Origin: Candidatus Marinacidobacterium sp.
GTDB taxonomy: Bacteria; Acidobacteriota; Vicinamibacteria; Marinacidobacterales; Marinacidobacteraceae
NCBI GenBank assembly: GCA_965204755.1
Contig: OZ242011.1
Span: forward strand, 3,648,001 to 3,712,000
DNA length: 64,000 nucleotides
Direction: 5' to 3'
Shown here piece by piece: positions 19,938-30,201 of the stretch; position 1 is the stretch's first letter, and every line of letters starts with the position of its first letter. Position numbers and translations under genes: made by a program. A model generated the notes under the pieces. The model did not search any database, was not told the DNA's origin, and saw only the letters and a program-made list of their open reading frames with translations.

Positions 19938-20723
19938 TTATTCCGTCTTCCGGGTGATGGTGTACCGGTGGAACACGGCCGGGGAAGTGTCCAGGCCGTC
20001 CCAGTGGTCGCGCAGGTTCAACTGCTCGATCGGCTCCCGGGGCTCGGTGTCGGAGGTCTTCTCGGCGAAGGGCGGCCCGGTGGCGGTGCCGGCGTCCCAG
20101 GCGATGTTCTCGACGGTGATCAGGTCGAGCCAGTCGCCGTCCTCGTCGGTGGCGCAGGCCGAGGCGAAGCCGATGAACCAGTCCGAACTCGGCGTGAGTT
20201 TCTCCGCCAGACTGAAGCAGGGCTTGTCGGAAGTGACTTCGATCGAGGGGTCCGGGGCCAGGACCGCGCCCAACAAGTCCCTCAGGCTGCGCCAGACGAC
20301 CACCGCTTCGGCGGCTTCCGCTTCGGTGATCACGGCGCCGGCATCCCCGGTTTCGGCAAGCGTCTTCATCGCGTCGGAGGCCCGTTGACCATCCTCGAAG
20401 AGTGACCAGTCGCGGGCGTGGCGGACCAACACCAACTGGTCGGACAGCGATACTCCCATGGGAAGCGGGAGCGGGGAGCCGGGCCCGAGGAGCCGCTCCG
20501 AGGCGATGCCGTAAGTGGCCGTCTCCGGCTCGGCCGGCGTCGGTTCGGGCGTCGGCGGAGTCGGGGTGGTGGGAGTGGGCGTCGTGGGCGCCGGCGCGGG
20601 CGCGGGAGTCGTCGTCGAGGACGAGTCCCCGCAGCCGGCGCCGAGGGCGAGGGCCAGAAGGACGAGGCAGCAGGCGGGCGCGCGCCGCCGCTGGCGCAGA
20701 AAGGTGAAAACGGTTTTCAACAT
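19938..20723 (-). CDS. Spondin_N domain lipoprotein (paralog 2)
   Basis: Lipobox GAGC, Pro/Thr linker, ASDAMKTLAETG, TPSSDWFIG and WDAGT. Confidence 0.82.
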   Translation of the reverse strand: MLKTVFTFLRQRRRAPACCLVLLALALGAGCGDSSSTTTPAPAPAPTTPTPTTPTPPTPEPTPAEPETATYGIASERLLGPGSPLPLPMGVSLSDQLVLVRHARDWSLFEDGQRASDAMKTLAETGDAGAVITEAEAAEAVVVWRSLRDLLGAVLAPDPSIEVTSDKPCFSLAEKLTPSSDWFIGFASACATDEDGDWLDLITVENIAWDAGTATGPPFAEKTSDTEPREPIEQLNLRDHWDGLDTSPAVFHRYTITRKTE

Positions 20724-20753
20724 CAGGAAAAGCGTAGCACGGCGCGAGCCGAG

Positions 20754-22514
20754 TCAGGGGCCGTCGCCGGGCGCGGCGGCGGCGCGGACGGCTGCGCCGG
20801 CGGCGGTGCGGACCGCGTCCACCCCGACTTCGAACCGCGTCTTTCCGCCCTGCTCCGTTCGGGTGATCCCCGACGGGCGCCCGAAGAAGCCGCCGAGCGC
20901 GTTCTCTTCGCACCGGACGACTTCGTGGCCCCGGCGTCCGAGCGCTCCGGCGACCGCGTCGTAGTCGGGCGTGCGCTCGTCGAGGAAAAGCGGGCCCTCC
21001 TCGACATGGAGGCCGGGTGCGGCAGCCGCATCGCGGACCGGAAGACCGCGGTCGTAGAGCCGCGCGGCCAGCAGCGCGACCGCGGAGATCAGGCGCCGGC
21101 CCCCCGGAGCGCCGAGCGCGGCGGCGGGCCGCCCATCCTCGAAGACCAGCGTCGGCGCGGCGGCGTGGAGCGCGAGTCGGCCCGGGGATGGGGAGATCCG
21201 ATGTCCCGGGCGCGGGTCGAACCACATCATCCCGTTGTTCAGCGGGTACCCGAGGCCGGGGGCGGCGAACGCCGAGCCGAACCGCCCGCCGAGAGTGGCG
21301 GTGAGGGACACGGCGAGGCCCGTCCGGTCCATCGCGTTGATGTGGCTGGTGCAGTCGCCGTCCGCTCCGGAGGATCGGGTCGGGCCGGGGGCGGCCGCCG
21401 GCCAGGGGCAGGGGGCGGGCGGTTCCGAGGCGCGCGGCCCCTCCGGGGAAACTCCGCTCCGGCGGGCGCGGAGGTAGTCCGAAGCGAGGAGGGCGGAGAC
21501 CGGGCCCGGAAGGTCCGCCGGATCGCCCAGGTGGCGAAATCGATCCGAGTAGGCGAGCCGCAGGGACTCCGCCGCGAGGTGCAGGAACCTCGCCTCCGCT
21601 GCCGTTCCGGGTTCGCGGCCGGTCGGCGGAAACGACTCCAGGTGCCCGAGCGCGGTGGCGAGCGTCGGTCCGCCGGAGTTGTCGGGGAGAGTCTCGAAGC
21701 GGCGCCCGCGGAAGGCGAACCCGAGTGGCCCGGTTTCGCGGACCGGCCGCGCCCGGAAGTCGGCGCTGGAGAGGATCCCCCCGGCCGCGCGAACGGTCTC
21801 GCCGATGGTTCGGGCGAGGTCCCCGGTGTGGAAGGGCTCGGGGCCGTCTTCCGCCAGCCGGCGAAGCGAGCGGGCGAGCGCCGGCGCCCGGAGCCGGTCT
21901 CCCGGCCCGGAGGAGACGAACGGGGCCCCGGACTCCCGGGTGTAGAGCGAGAGCGCTTCCGGGCAGCGGGCGAGGCGGCGGTAGCCGGCGGCGGCGTGGA
22001 CGACGAACACCCAGTCGGGGACGAATCCCTCGGCGGCCAGCGCGATCGCCGGTTCGGCGACGCGGGCGAGGGGGAGGGCGCCGTATCGGTCGTGGAGCCG
22101 GGTCAGCACCGCCGGCGCCGTGGGAACGCACGCCGAGAGCGCTCCGGTTTCCGCCCGGTCCCCGCGCGTCGGCGGGAACCCGTAGAGCCCGCCCCCGACG
22201 CCGTCGAGCGGTTCGAAGAGGTCCTCGGCGGCCCGTTCCGGGCATCGCGCGCTGCCTTCGAAAGCGGTCGCGCGCTGCTTCGCCGGGTCGAAGACCACCG
22301 CGTAGGCGGCGCCGCCGAGCCCGCTCATCGCCGGCTCGACCACGCCGCTGACCAGCGCCGCGCCCACCGCCGCGTCCACCGCGTTTCCCCCGTCGGCGAG
22401 CAGGCGGGCGCCGGCGCGCGCGGCCTCCCGGGTCATCGCGGTAACCGCGCCGAGGTCGCCGGAAGCCTCGGAACGGCCCGGCAGCGGGACCTGTTCGACG
22501 ACGACGGCGGCCAC
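20754..22514 (-). CDS. ggt: Gamma-glutamyltransferase family (Ntn hydrolase)
   Basis: GGNAVDAAV, SGLGG, nucleophile region CTSHINAMD, LNNGMMWFDP and GAPGG; no signal peptide; GTG start inferred. Confidence 0.88.
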   Translation of the reverse strand: MAAVVVEQVPLPGRSEASGDLGAVTAMTREAARAGARLLADGGNAVDAAVGAALVSGVVEPAMSGLGGAAYAVVFDPAKQRATAFEGSARCPERAAEDLFEPLDGVGGGLYGFPPTRGDRAETGALSACVPTAPAVLTRLHDRYGALPLARVAEPAIALAAEGFVPDWVFVVHAAAGYRRLARCPEALSLYTRESGAPFVSSGPGDRLRAPALARSLRRLAEDGPEPFHTGDLARTIGETVRAAGGILSSADFRARPVRETGPLGFAFRGRRFETLPDNSGGPTLATALGHLESFPPTGREPGTAAEARFLHLAAESLRLAYSDRFRHLGDPADLPGPVSALLASDYLRARRSGVSPEGPRASEPPAPCPWPAAAPGPTRSSGADGDCTSHINAMDRTGLAVSLTATLGGRFGSAFAAPGLGYPLNNGMMWFDPRPGHRISPSPGRLALHAAAPTLVFEDGRPAAALGAPGGRRLISAVALLAARLYDRGLPVRDAAAAPGLHVEEGPLFLDERTPDYDAVAGALGRRGHEVVRCEENALGGFFGRPSGITRTEQGGKTRFEVGVDAVRTAAGAAVRAAAAPGDGP

Positions 22515-22531
22515 GGAGTCCGCTCTCCGGT

Positions 22532-23488
22532 TCAGTCGGCGAGCAGGCCGCGGTCGGCGTTGCCGCCGCAGAGCGGCGTGGCGGCGCTGCTCTCCCGAAA
22601 CCGGGACGGGTGGTCGAGGAGCGCGGCGACCCCGGCGGCCCCGGCGGGTTCGACGACCAGGCCCAGCGTCTCGTGGAGCAGGCGGACGGCGCGGCGGAGC
22701 GTCGCTTCCGAGACCTCCACCACTTCGTCCACCACTTCGCGCATGAGCGCCACGGCCTCGGGCACCGGAACCCGGACGGCGATCCCGTCGGCGCAGGTGG
22801 CGGGCGCCTCCGCCGACGGCGCCGCGTCGCCGGTGCGGAAGGCCCGCCCCATCACCGGCGCCCCGGCCGCGACCACCCCGACCACCCGGGTCTCCGGCTG
22901 CGCATGGCGGACGAAACTCCCGATCCCGCCGATGAGGGCGCCGTTCCCCACGGGAACGAGCACGGTGTCGAAGAGGGCCGAGCGCGCGAGTTCCACGGCG
23001 ATGGAGCCCGCCCCTTCGGTGATCTCCGGTTCCCGGCCGTCCTCGACGAACGCCGCGCCGGTCTCTTCGGCGAAGTCCCGGGCCGCCTCCTTGGCGGCGT
23101 CGAAGTCGTCTCCGACGAGGCGGACGACCGCGCCGAGCGTCTTCATGGCGGCGACCTTGCCGGCGAGCGCCGAGCGGGCGGAGAACACCGTGAGCGGGAT
23201 CCCGGCCCGACGCGCCGCCCACGCGAGTCCCTGGCCGAAATTCCCGGCGGACCCGGTGACCCAGCCGGCCGGTCGCCGCCGCGCTTCCTCCGCCCGGCGC
23301 GCGGCGAACCAGCAGGCGCCGCGCGCCTTGAAACTGCGGATCGGGTTCACGCACTCCACCTTCACCGTGAGACGGGCCCCGGTGGCGGCCGAGAGGGCCT
23401 CGGAGACGAATTGCGGCGTGTCCCGGAATTCGGCGGGGATCGCCGCCCAGGCGGCCTCGATCCCCTCGACGGACACCGCGCCGCGCAT
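22532..23488 (-). CDS. PLP-dependent threonine/serine dehydratase family protein
   Basis: SFKARGA (PLP Lys), SAGNFGQ, PVGNGALIGG and EPAGAAG. Confidence 0.88.
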   Translation of the reverse strand: MRGAVSVEGIEAAWAAIPAEFRDTPQFVSEALSAATGARLTVKVECVNPIRSFKARGACWFAARRAEEARRRPAGWVTGSAGNFGQGLAWAARRAGIPLTVFSARSALAGKVAAMKTLGAVVRLVGDDFDAAKEAARDFAEETGAAFVEDGREPEITEGAGSIAVELARSALFDTVLVPVGNGALIGGIGSFVRHAQPETRVVGVVAAGAPVMGRAFRTGDAAPSAEAPATCADGIAVRVPVPEAVALMREVVDEVVEVSEATLRRAVRLLHETLGLVVEPAGAAGVAALLDHPSRFRESSAATPLCGGNADRGLLAD

Positions 23489-23644
23489 CGCCGGAAATGC
23501 TACGGCCTTACCTCGGCGCCGGCGGCGCGCCGCCCGCCGGCGCGCCGGTAGAATCGCGCGGAGACCCGTCGGGCCCCGCCCCCTCCCGCCTCGTCCGAGA
23601 GGCGGCGGATTCGGGGCCCGACACGCCTTCGAGAGGAGAGATCG

Positions 23645-24811
23645 ATGGAACGAACCAGCCGCGCCGCCGGCCGGATGAGCCGGCGCGAGTTCGTCAAGGC
23701 CGGGGGTGCGGCCACTGTCGCCCTCGGCGCTTCCACCGGGAGCGCCCCCGCGGTCGCCGGCGCCCCCGCCGGCGCCCCCGCCATCCAGTCGTCCGGCCCG
23801 AAGCCGGTGGTGATCGCCTCGGGCAACGGCAACCGCTACAAGAACGGCGGGGACGAAGTTGTCGTCGAACGGGCGTTCCGGTTGATGACCGAGGGGACGG
23901 ACATCCTCGAGAGCCTCATCGCCGGCGTGGAGATCGTCGAACTCGATCCGGAGGACGCGAGCGTCGGTTACGGCGGTCGCCCGAACGCCGACGGCGTGGT
24001 CCAACTCGACTCGTGCTGCATGCACGGCCCGCTGCGCCGCGCCGGCGGCGTCGCCGGGCTCGAAGGGGTGCGGACCCCTTCGGTCGTCGCCCACCAGGTC
24101 ATGCAGGTCACCGACCACCACCTCCTGGTCGGGAAGGGGGCGCAGGTCTTCGCCCGGAACCTGGGGATGACGATCGAGGACGACCTGAACACGGACCGGT
24201 CGCGCGGGATGTGGCTCGAGTGGAAGCGCCGGATCGACCCGGGGCACTACCTCGATCCGAAGAAGCGCGCCGCCGCCGGCCACGCCGCCGGTCTCTCCTT
24301 GGTGCGGGACGGCCTCCTCGACGAGGAGGAGTACTACGGGACGATCAACTGCGACGGGTTGAACGCGAACGGCGACCTCGCCGGCGTGACCACGACGAGC
24401 GGCCTCGCCTGGAAGATTCCCGGCCGCGTGGGCGACTCGCCCATCCTCGGCGCCGGGCTCTATGTGGACGACGCGGTCGGCGCCGCCGGGTCCACCGGCC
24501 GGGGCGAGGCGAACCTCTACGGGCTGTGCTCGTTCCTGATCGTGGAGGAGATGCGGCGGGGGGCGCACCCGAAGGACGCCGCCATGACCGCGCTGACCCG
24601 GGTGAAGGAGAACACCGTCGAGGAGCGGCTGCTCAACGGCCGCGGGCTCCCGGCCTTCGGCCTCTCGTTCTATGTGGTGAACAAGGCCGGGGAACACGCC
24701 GGCGTCTCGATGTACGCGAGCGCCCGCTCCACCTATGCGGTCTGCGACGAGAACGGGCCGCGGTCGCTCCCGCTCGAACCGCTGCTGGAGGGGAGCGCTT
24801 CGGACGACTGA
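23645..24811 (+). CDS. N(4)-(beta-N-acetylglucosaminyl)-L-asparaginase family, Tat-exported
   Basis: SRREFVK Tat motif; VGYGGRPN, YGTIN (nucleophile Thr), TTTSGL and GRVGDSPILGAG. Confidence 0.9.
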   Translation: MERTSRAAGRMSRREFVKAGGAATVALGASTGSAPAVAGAPAGAPAIQSSGPKPVVIASGNGNRYKNGGDEVVVERAFRLMTEGTDILESLIAGVEIVELDPEDASVGYGGRPNADGVVQLDSCCMHGPLRRAGGVAGLEGVRTPSVVAHQVMQVTDHHLLVGKGAQVFARNLGMTIEDDLNTDRSRGMWLEWKRRIDPGHYLDPKKRAAAGHAAGLSLVRDGLLDEEEYYGTINCDGLNANGDLAGVTTTSGLAWKIPGRVGDSPILGAGLYVDDAVGAAGSTGRGEANLYGLCSFLIVEEMRRGAHPKDAAMTALTRVKENTVEERLLNGRGLPAFGLSFYVVNKAGEHAGVSMYASARSTYAVCDENGPRSLPLEPLLEGSASDD

Positions 24812-24825
24812 GTCCGATCGGAACG

Positions 24826-25182
24826 GTGTTTCGGGCCGCCCGCCTCGCCGCCGCCCCCTTCGCCCTCGCGCTGTCGGCGGCGGGCGGCGCGGAGGCCGGG
24901 GCCCCGGCGATCGGGGATCGGCAGGAGGAGAACGAGAGTCTCCCGCAGCCGCCGACGATCCTCGACCTGGACTACGAAGTCGAAGACCCCGGGGACCTCA
25001 TCCCGGACGACCTGGACTTCCAGTTCCGTTGGCGGCGAATCTGGGGCGCCGTGGGCATGAGGTACCACCTCTATCCGGCCCAGCGGACCGGGCCGATCCG
25101 CGGCATGCCGCTGAACTTCTACGGCGGCGGCATCAACTACAGCATCTGGCGGAGTCCCGTCACCGGCTGGTTCGAGAACTGA
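24826..25182 (+). CDS. Small hypothetical secreted protein
   Basis: Signal-peptide-like N-terminus, normal codon usage, acidic middle and aromatic beta-rich C-terminus; GTG start inferred. Confidence 0.55.
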   Translation: MFRAARLAAAPFALALSAAGGAEAGAPAIGDRQEENESLPQPPTILDLDYEVEDPGDLIPDDLDFQFRWRRIWGAVGMRYHLYPAQRTGPIRGMPLNFYGGGINYSIWRSPVTGWFEN

Positions 25183-25258
25183 CTCGAGCCTCCGAGCCCG
25201 CTGCGCGCCCCGGGGCCGGGCGCGGGCGCCGGTCCGGCCCGCCGGCCCGCTGAGTCGG

Positions 25259-26578
25259 GTGCGCCTCCTCACCTTCACCGCCGGCGCCGGCGGGATGTAC
25301 TGCGGCAGTTGTATCCGGGACAACGCGCTGGCGCGGGAACTCCGGCGCCGGGGCCACCGACTGCGGCTCGTCCCGCTCTACCAGAACGCGCGCAGCGATG
25401 AAGAGAGCGTCGCGGAAAGCCGGGTGCGGCTCGGCGGCGTCCCGCTCTACCTCCAACATGCCGCGCCGCTGCTGGGGAAGATCCGCTGGCTGGACCCGCT
25501 GCTGGAGTCGTCGGCTTTGGTCCGGCTCGCCGGCCGGCTGTCCTCCTCCACCGACCCGGCGAAACTCGGCCCGCTGACGATCACGACGCTGCTCGGGGAG
25601 CGGGGGCCGGCGCGGCGCGCGGTGCGGGCGCTCTGCGACTCGCTCGCCGGGGAAGAGTTCGACCTGGTCGTCCTGCCGAACTCCCTCCTGCTGGGGCTCG
25701 CGGCGCCGCTCGCGCGGGCGCTGGGCGCCCCGGTCGGGGTCACTTTCTCCGGCGAGGACCTGTTCCTCTCCCGACTCCCGGAGAACGACCGGGAGGCGGC
25801 GCTCGCCCTGATGCGGGAGGCCGCGCGGTCGGTGACCCGCTTCTTCGGCGTGACCGAATACCACGCCCGCGACCTGGCGGAGCAACTGGGAGTCTCCGGC
25901 GATCGGGTCTCCGTCGTCCGCCTCGGCGTGGATCCCGCCGGGTACCCGGACGCCGAACCGGAAGCGCCGGCGTCCGCGGGGGCCGCCGCCGGAGGGCCGG
26001 TGCGGATCGGCTTCTTCTCCCGGGTCGCGCCGGAGAAGGGACTCGACCGGCTGGCGAAGGCCGTCGCGGTGCTCGCCGGCGAGGAAGCGGCGCCGCCGCT
26101 CCGGCTGGCGGCCGCCGGCTGGATGAGCCCGGCGCAGCGCGGGTACCTGGAGTCCGTCCGCCGGCAACTGGCGGAGGAGGCGCCCGGCGTGGAGTTCGAG
26201 TACCGCGGCGAACTCGACCGCGCGGGGAAGATCGCTTTCCTGGCCGAGGCGGACCTGATCGCCATACCGGCGGCGTTTCCCGAACCGAAGGGGCTCGCCG
26301 CGATCGAGGCGATGATGGCGGGGACGCCGGTGGTCGTGCCCCGCGAGGGCGCCTACCCGGCCCTCCTCGACCGCACCGAGGGCGGCGCGCTGGCGCGTTC
26401 GACCTCCCCCGGGGATTTCGCCGCCGCGCTCGGCCAACTCGCGCTCCATCCGGAGCGGCGGCGGTCGGTCGGCGCCCGCGCCCGCCGGCGCGCGCGGGAG
26501 GAACACTCCCTCGCCCGGATGGCGGACGACGCCGAAGCGGCCTATGCCTTGGCTGCCGCCTCCCCCCGCGCCGCCTGA
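25259..26578 (+). CDS. Glycosyltransferase family 4 with N-terminal MYCGSC motif
   Basis: GAGGMYCGSCIRDN N-terminus; SRVAPEKG and EPKGLAAIEAMMAGTPVV. Confidence 0.88.
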   Translation: MRLLTFTAGAGGMYCGSCIRDNALARELRRRGHRLRLVPLYQNARSDEESVAESRVRLGGVPLYLQHAAPLLGKIRWLDPLLESSALVRLAGRLSSSTDPAKLGPLTITTLLGERGPARRAVRALCDSLAGEEFDLVVLPNSLLLGLAAPLARALGAPVGVTFSGEDLFLSRLPENDREAALALMREAARSVTRFFGVTEYHARDLAEQLGVSGDRVSVVRLGVDPAGYPDAEPEAPASAGAAAGGPVRIGFFSRVAPEKGLDRLAKAVAVLAGEEAAPPLRLAAAGWMSPAQRGYLESVRRQLAEEAPGVEFEYRGELDRAGKIAFLAEADLIAIPAAFPEPKGLAAIEAMMAGTPVVVPREGAYPALLDRTEGGALARSTSPGDFAAALGQLALHPERRRSVGARARRRAREEHSLARMADDAEAAYALAAASPRAA

Positions 26579-26616
26579 GCCGCTCCGGCGACCCGCTGCG
26601 CGATGATTCCCCGGGC

Positions 26617-27714
26617 ATGACGACGACGACCCCGGGCCCGGAGGCGGTGGCCGCCGCCCGTAACCGGCTCGACGAACAGGTGCGGGAGATCGTCCGCTGG
26701 CATTTCTCGGAAGGGACCGGAGCGCCGTTCTGGTTGGACTTTCGGGAGCGGCTGGACTTCGACCCGTTGACCGCGGTGCGCGGGTTCGCCGACCTCGACC
26801 GGTTTCCGCCGTTCGAGGACGAGTGGCTCCGCGGCGGGCCGGTGCGCCGGTGGGTGCCCCGGGGGTTCGGCGACCGGCCGATCTATGTGTTCGAAACCGG
26901 AGGCACGACCGGCGTGCCCAAGACGCGGACCGCGGTGGAGGACTTCCGCGTGGACTACGAACTGTTCAGCGGCGAACTCCCCGACGAGTACTTCCCGAAG
27001 GGCGCGAACTGGCTCATGCTCGGGCCTTCCGGGCCGCGCCGGCTCCGCCTCTCGGTGGAGCACCTGGCGCAGCACCGGGGCGGGATCTGTTTCTCGGTCG
27101 ATCTCGACCCGAGATGGGTGGTGAAGGTGATCCGGAAGGGCTGGAGCGAACACCTCGCCGCCTACCAGGACCACATCCTCGACCAGGCGATGACGGTCCT
27201 CGGCGCCGGCCACGACATCCGCTGCCTCTTCACCACGCCGAAGTTGCTCTCCATGCTGTGCCTGCGATTGGAGGAAGAGGGAACGACCCTTTCCCGGGCG
27301 GGAGTCCGCGGGGTGTTCTCCGGCGGGACCGAGTTGACCCCGCAGTGGACCCGCTTCGCGGTGGAGGAACTGCTCGACGGCGCCTACCTGTTCCCGACCT
27401 ACGGCAACACGCTGATGGGGCTCGCCCCGGCGCGCCCGGTGACCGCCGACGACGGCTACCGGGTCGCCTACTACCCGCCCCACCCCCGGGCGGTCCTCGA
27501 AGTGGTGGACCCGGAGACGGGAACGCCGGTGGACTACGGAGCGACGGGCCGGGTTCGACTCACCACCCTGACGCGCGAGTTCTTCGTGCCCCGGTTCCTC
27601 GAACGCGACGAGGGCGAGCGCGAGCCGCCGTGGGGCCGGTACGCCTTCGACGGCGTCAGCGGCGTCCGCCCCTTCAGCCGCCTGCCGGAACAGGCGACGG
27701 TCGGCGTGTACTGA
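26617..27714 (+). CDS. Short adenylate-forming (ANL-like) protein, GriC/EhpF-like
   Basis: ETGGTTGVPK P-loop, GPSGP, DLDPRWV, GGTE and TYGNTL; lacks the usual ANL C-terminal subdomain. Confidence 0.65.
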   Translation: MTTTTPGPEAVAAARNRLDEQVREIVRWHFSEGTGAPFWLDFRERLDFDPLTAVRGFADLDRFPPFEDEWLRGGPVRRWVPRGFGDRPIYVFETGGTTGVPKTRTAVEDFRVDYELFSGELPDEYFPKGANWLMLGPSGPRRLRLSVEHLAQHRGGICFSVDLDPRWVVKVIRKGWSEHLAAYQDHILDQAMTVLGAGHDIRCLFTTPKLLSMLCLRLEEEGTTLSRAGVRGVFSGGTELTPQWTRFAVEELLDGAYLFPTYGNTLMGLAPARPVTADDGYRVAYYPPHPRAVLEVVDPETGTPVDYGATGRVRLTTLTREFFVPRFLERDEGEREPPWGRYAFDGVSGVRPFSRLPEQATVGVY

Positions 27715-28015
27715 ATCGAATTCCGACGGGCCACCTGGCTGCGCGAGACGGTGGGGCCCTCCCGCGAGGACGGTTACGGCGCGAGGTATTGGAACCCAGG
27801 TTCCAGAACCGGGCCGATCGGGAACGGCTCTCGGCGGGCCACCCGGTGAGACGGGAACCATCCCGCATCGGCGGGGGGAATCGCGCGGCGGCTCGCGCCG
27901 CCGGTCCGCGGGAAGGGCGCCCCGCCGGGAAACGCGACAGGGACTCGGCGTCCCCCGGTCGAGGAGCGGAGGGCGTGGTGCTTCTTCCACGGGCCGCTAG
28001 ACTCGCCCCGCCGTC

Positions 28016-29443
28016 TTGATCCGCGTTCCCGCGCTCCGCTGGGGCAAGCAGTATCGGAGCCTCGAGACCGTCGAACTCCGCCACTTCCTCACCGGGGCGC
28101 CGGTGGCGGAGGTGGATCAGGTGAACGCGGCTCTGGTGGCCCGGGACTTCCGCCGGGGCGCGGCGCGGGCGCGGGCGGCGCTTCGGGAAATCCCGGCGCC
28201 GGCGATGCTGGAGATGGCGCGGCGGGCCGGACGACTGTTCGCGGAAGAGGAGTTGCCGGTCGGCGAAGACCGCCAGGGCCCGGAGGACTTCGTGCGCGCC
28301 CAGTCCGCATCCACCGGGCTCCCCGAATCGCTGTGCCGGGCGAACCTGGAGAAGAACCGCCGGGTGCTGGACGACATGGAGTCGGTCCTGGACGCGCTCA
28401 CCCGCGGCCTCGACCTCGACCTGTTCGCGCGCGGTTACGGGGTGGAAGAGCGCGGCGTGCCGCTCTCCTACCAGGCGCAAACTCCCGCCCTGGGGCTGGT
28501 CCTCCCGTCCAACTCGCCGGGCGTCCACACCCTCTGGCTGCCGGTCCTCCCGCTGCGGATCGGCCTCGCGCTGAAACCCGGCGCCCAGGAGCCCTGGACG
28601 CCGTACCGGATGGCGGAAGCGTTCTTCGCCGCCGGGATTCCCCGGGAGGCGATCTCGCTCTACTGCGGGCCCCGCGAGGTGGCGCAGGCGGTGCTCGAGG
28701 CGGCGCCCCGTTGCCTGGTCTTCGGGGGAGAGCCGACGGTGGCGAAGTACCGCGGGGACCCGTCGGTCCGGGTGTACGGCGCGGGGAGGTCCAAGATCTT
28801 CTTCGGCGATGACGCGGTGGACCGCTGGGAGGACCATCTCGATCTCATGGTCGAGAGCGTGTTCGCGAACGCCGGGCGCAGTTGCATCAACTGCTCGGGC
28901 ATCTGGGCTTCGAGGCGGACGGACGAGATCGCCGCCGCGCTGGCGGAGCGTCTCGGCCCGATCGCTCCGCTGCCGCCGGAGGAGCCGGAGAGCGCGCTGG
29001 CGGCGTTCACGATTCCCGGCGCGGCGGCGGCCATAGACGCGGACATCGAGGGACGGCTCTCCGCCGACGGATCGGTGGACCGGGCGGCGGCGCTCCGGGG
29101 CGGCCCGCGTCTCGTCGAGTCGGAGCGGGAAGCCGCCTGGCTCCGGCCCACCGTGGTCGAGTGCAGCGGGCCGGACGCCGCAGCGGCGAACCTGGAATAC
29201 ATGTTCCCGTTCGTGTCCGTGGTGCGCTGTCCGCAGGAACGAATGATCCGCGAAGCCGGGCGCACCTTGGTGGGAACCGCCATCACCGACGATCCGGCTT
29301 TCCGGGCGGAACTCCTGGACGCGACGAACATAGACCGGCTGAACCTCGGGCCGGTCCCCACCAACCGGGTGGACTGGCGCCAGCCGCACGAAGGGAACCT
29401 GCTCGACCATCTCTACCGCGCCCGCGCCTTCCAGGCCGCCTGA
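28016..29443 (+). CDS. Aldehyde dehydrogenase-superfamily protein, GriD/acyl-reductase-like
   Basis: LPSNSPG, LKPG, NAGRSCINCS (catalytic Cys) and EYMFPF; YGAGRSK replaces ELGGK. Confidence 0.75.
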   Translation: MIRVPALRWGKQYRSLETVELRHFLTGAPVAEVDQVNAALVARDFRRGAARARAALREIPAPAMLEMARRAGRLFAEEELPVGEDRQGPEDFVRAQSASTGLPESLCRANLEKNRRVLDDMESVLDALTRGLDLDLFARGYGVEERGVPLSYQAQTPALGLVLPSNSPGVHTLWLPVLPLRIGLALKPGAQEPWTPYRMAEAFFAAGIPREAISLYCGPREVAQAVLEAAPRCLVFGGEPTVAKYRGDPSVRVYGAGRSKIFFGDDAVDRWEDHLDLMVESVFANAGRSCINCSGIWASRRTDEIAAALAERLGPIAPLPPEEPESALAAFTIPGAAAAIDADIEGRLSADGSVDRAAALRGGPRLVESEREAAWLRPTVVECSGPDAAAANLEYMFPFVSVVRCPQERMIREAGRTLVGTAITDDPAFRAELLDATNIDRLNLGPVPTNRVDWRQPHEGNLLDHLYRARAFQAA

Positions 29444-29502
29444 CCGCCCGTGGAGAAAGCGCCCGGCGCTCCCCGGACTTTCGCCGCGAACCGCTGAGCG
29501 GG

Positions 29503-30201
29503 ATGGAAACCGCCGCCGGGGCGTCCGACGGGCTCCGGGTTTCCGGGCTGGCGAAGGAGTACCCGTCGCCGGTCGGGCCGCTGGCGGTTCTCCGGGGAGT
29601 GGACCTCTCGCTGGGGCCCGGGGACGCCGCCTCGGTGATGGGGGTTTCCGGGAGCGGGAAGAGCACGCTCCTGTTCCTGTTGGGGGCGCTCGAATCCCCT
29701 TCGGCCGGTGAGGTGCGCCTCGACGGCGTGGACCCGCACGAGTTGCCGGCGGACCGGCAGGCGGCGTTTCGCCGGGACCGGGTCGGGTTCGTTTTCCAGG
29801 ACCACTGCCTGCTGCCGCAGTGCACCGCGCTCGAGAATGTGCTCGCCCCGACGCTTCCGGCGCCGCGCGCCGGGGACCGCGAACGGGCGGCGGCGCTGCT
29901 CGACCGGGTGGGGCTCGCCGCGCGGGCGGCCCACCTGCCGGCGGCGCTCTCCGGCGGGGAGAAACAGCGGGTGGCGCTCGCCCGGGCGCTGATCCGCCGG
30001 CCCGCGCTCCTGCTCTGCGACGAGCCCACCGGGAACCTCGACGGCGCGGCCGCCGCCGAAGTGGCCTCGCTGCTCCTCGAACCCGACGAGGCCGACCGCG
30101 GGAGGATCGCGGTGCTGGTGACGCACGACGGGGAACTCGCGGCGCGCTTCCCGAAGCGGTTCCGGATGGCGCGGGGACGACTCTCCCCCGCCGCGCCGTG
30201 A
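29503..30201 (+). CDS. ABC transporter ATP-binding protein (LolD/MacB type)
   Basis: GVSGSGKST, LSGGEKQR and LLCDEPTGNLD. Confidence 0.93.
   Translation: METAAGASDGLRVSGLAKEYPSPVGPLAVLRGVDLSLGPGDAASVMGVSGSGKSTLLFLLGALESPSAGEVRLDGVDPHELPADRQAAFRRDRVGFVFQDHCLLPQCTALENVLAPTLPAPRAGDRERAAALLDRVGLAARAAHLPAALSGGEKQRVALARALIRRPALLLCDEPTGNLDGAAAAEVASLLLEPDEADRGRIAVLVTHDGELAARFPKRFRMARGRLSPAAP

Noticed and set aside
18994-23678. ORFs over 1000 aa (18994..22245 minus, 20418..23678 plus)
   Set aside because: Off-frame or antisense read-through across ggt, dehydratase and spondin genes; low-complexity Arg/Ala/Gly/Pro composition.
27986-29459. Inverted repeat ends flanking the ALDH-like gene as a composite transposon
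   Set aside because: The ends belong to separate small elements pointing away from the gene, and there is no transposase or target duplication.
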